Both the position numbers and the translations under genes were made by a program. The notes under the pieces were generated by a model that saw only the letters and a list, made by a program, of their open reading frames with translations, made no database searches and was not told the DNA's origin. From positions 98,334,001 to 98,398,000 of the forward strand of contig NC_045697.1 in the NCBI RefSeq assembly GCF_009834535.1: DNA of 64,000 nt, given 5' to 3'. The stretch is from Camelus ferus. Lineage: Eukaryota. Shown here piece after piece: positions 62,986-64,000 of the stretch (position 1 is its first letter; every line of letters begins with the position of its first letter).

Positions 62986-64000
62986 ACTCATACGGCACCA
63001 GCTCTGCAAGACGAAACCCAAGGGTACTCAAGGGGAGAATAAGTGTAGAAAGCAGGAGTCCATCAGCCCCTCTTCCAGATTCCCAGGGCAAGTTGTTCTA
63101 TCGAAGCCTCTGGAAGTCCTACGACAAAGGACCTAGTTTAATTTTATTTAAATGTGTCTAAACCTATTTAAATTGCTCTCAAATTTCAATTGCAAAAAGA
63201 ACTTGTTTTGTGTGTTTGCTTGTTTGGTGGCTAAGATGGTTGGTTTTTACATAAAATGAATGAACATCCTGTGTAGTGGGAACACACTTAAATAAAGGCT
63301 GTGGCCCTGTTTTCTGACTGAAGAACTAGCCCTGATGTCCCAAAGCAGTTTGTGGCACCCCCTGTACTACCATTCTGCTTCTACATAACTCCTCATTTCT
63401 ATTGACTGTTTCCTCTTCTATTCCTACGTCTGGATTGTTGGGTTGGCACTGACTCTCCCAAACTTGACTGTGGGTTCTCTGCCAAGGAACGTGGATGAGA
63501 CAGAGCTTTCTCACCCCTTTCCCTTCATTCAAGCTGACTTGGGGGCAGCCTGGAAGAACAAGCCCAGCCCAAATGCAGTGACATGTCTCTAAGTTGTATG
63601 CAAACACATCATGTCCACAGCTTTTAATTTCGTGACTTCCAGGTTCTCCACTCCAAACAAGAAAGGGATGAAAAATGAAAAGAGAGTAGAGATCACACAT
63701 GATCTGAAGTTTGTCCACAATCAGATCCCCATTGCAGGAAAATTAACACAGGAAGGAGGATTAAACCAACCTAGCCCCAACACATGCACACACTTCCCTA
63801 AGCCGGCCAATTTCCTGAAGGGGAGCAAAAGGAAGACATTAAAATACTTGAGGAAAGTGGAGTGAAAAGTAATAGACTCTCTATAAAGAAAAAAGAGCGA
63901 CAAGGAGAAAAGAGAAACAGTGGATTTTAAATTATTTGACATTAAATTTCTCTCCCACTGATACAGCATAAACAATCATCCTGAATAGCAGTAACTCTAT

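Overview
Mammalian nuclear DNA, very probably a camelid (alpaca, llama or camel). The assignment rests on five tRNA-derived SINEs with the Vic-1-type AAATAAACCTAATTACCTCCCCC tail and a young cetartiodactyl-type L1. I recognise no host protein-coding exon. The only protein-like ORFs are LINE-1 ORF2 fragments; the rest of the ORF track looks like chance ORFs. The window reads as a gene desert or the interior of a large intron. It is filled with ancient repeats (MIR, L2, MLT1, LTR16/LTR33, MER3/MER5, L1M) and younger insertions, with unique, TF-motif-dense stretches between them. Most notable observations: (1) a CpG-rich, polyadenylated retrocopy of an unidentified mRNA 3' end, capped by a 12-unit GGGGCGTGC minisatellite; (2) two L1 3' ends stacked in the same target site and truncated at the same point, where the target is complementary to the L1 RNA; (3) a twin-primed L1 inversion with no loss at the breakpoint; (4) an intact MER41-like solo LTR with a STAT-type site; (5) a poly(A)-only insertion with a TSD; (6) a duplicated perfect CRE; (7) a candidate 27-nt microexon. 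Repeat family names come from my recognition of consensus sequences, not from a database search. I found no evidence of a new multi-gene system.
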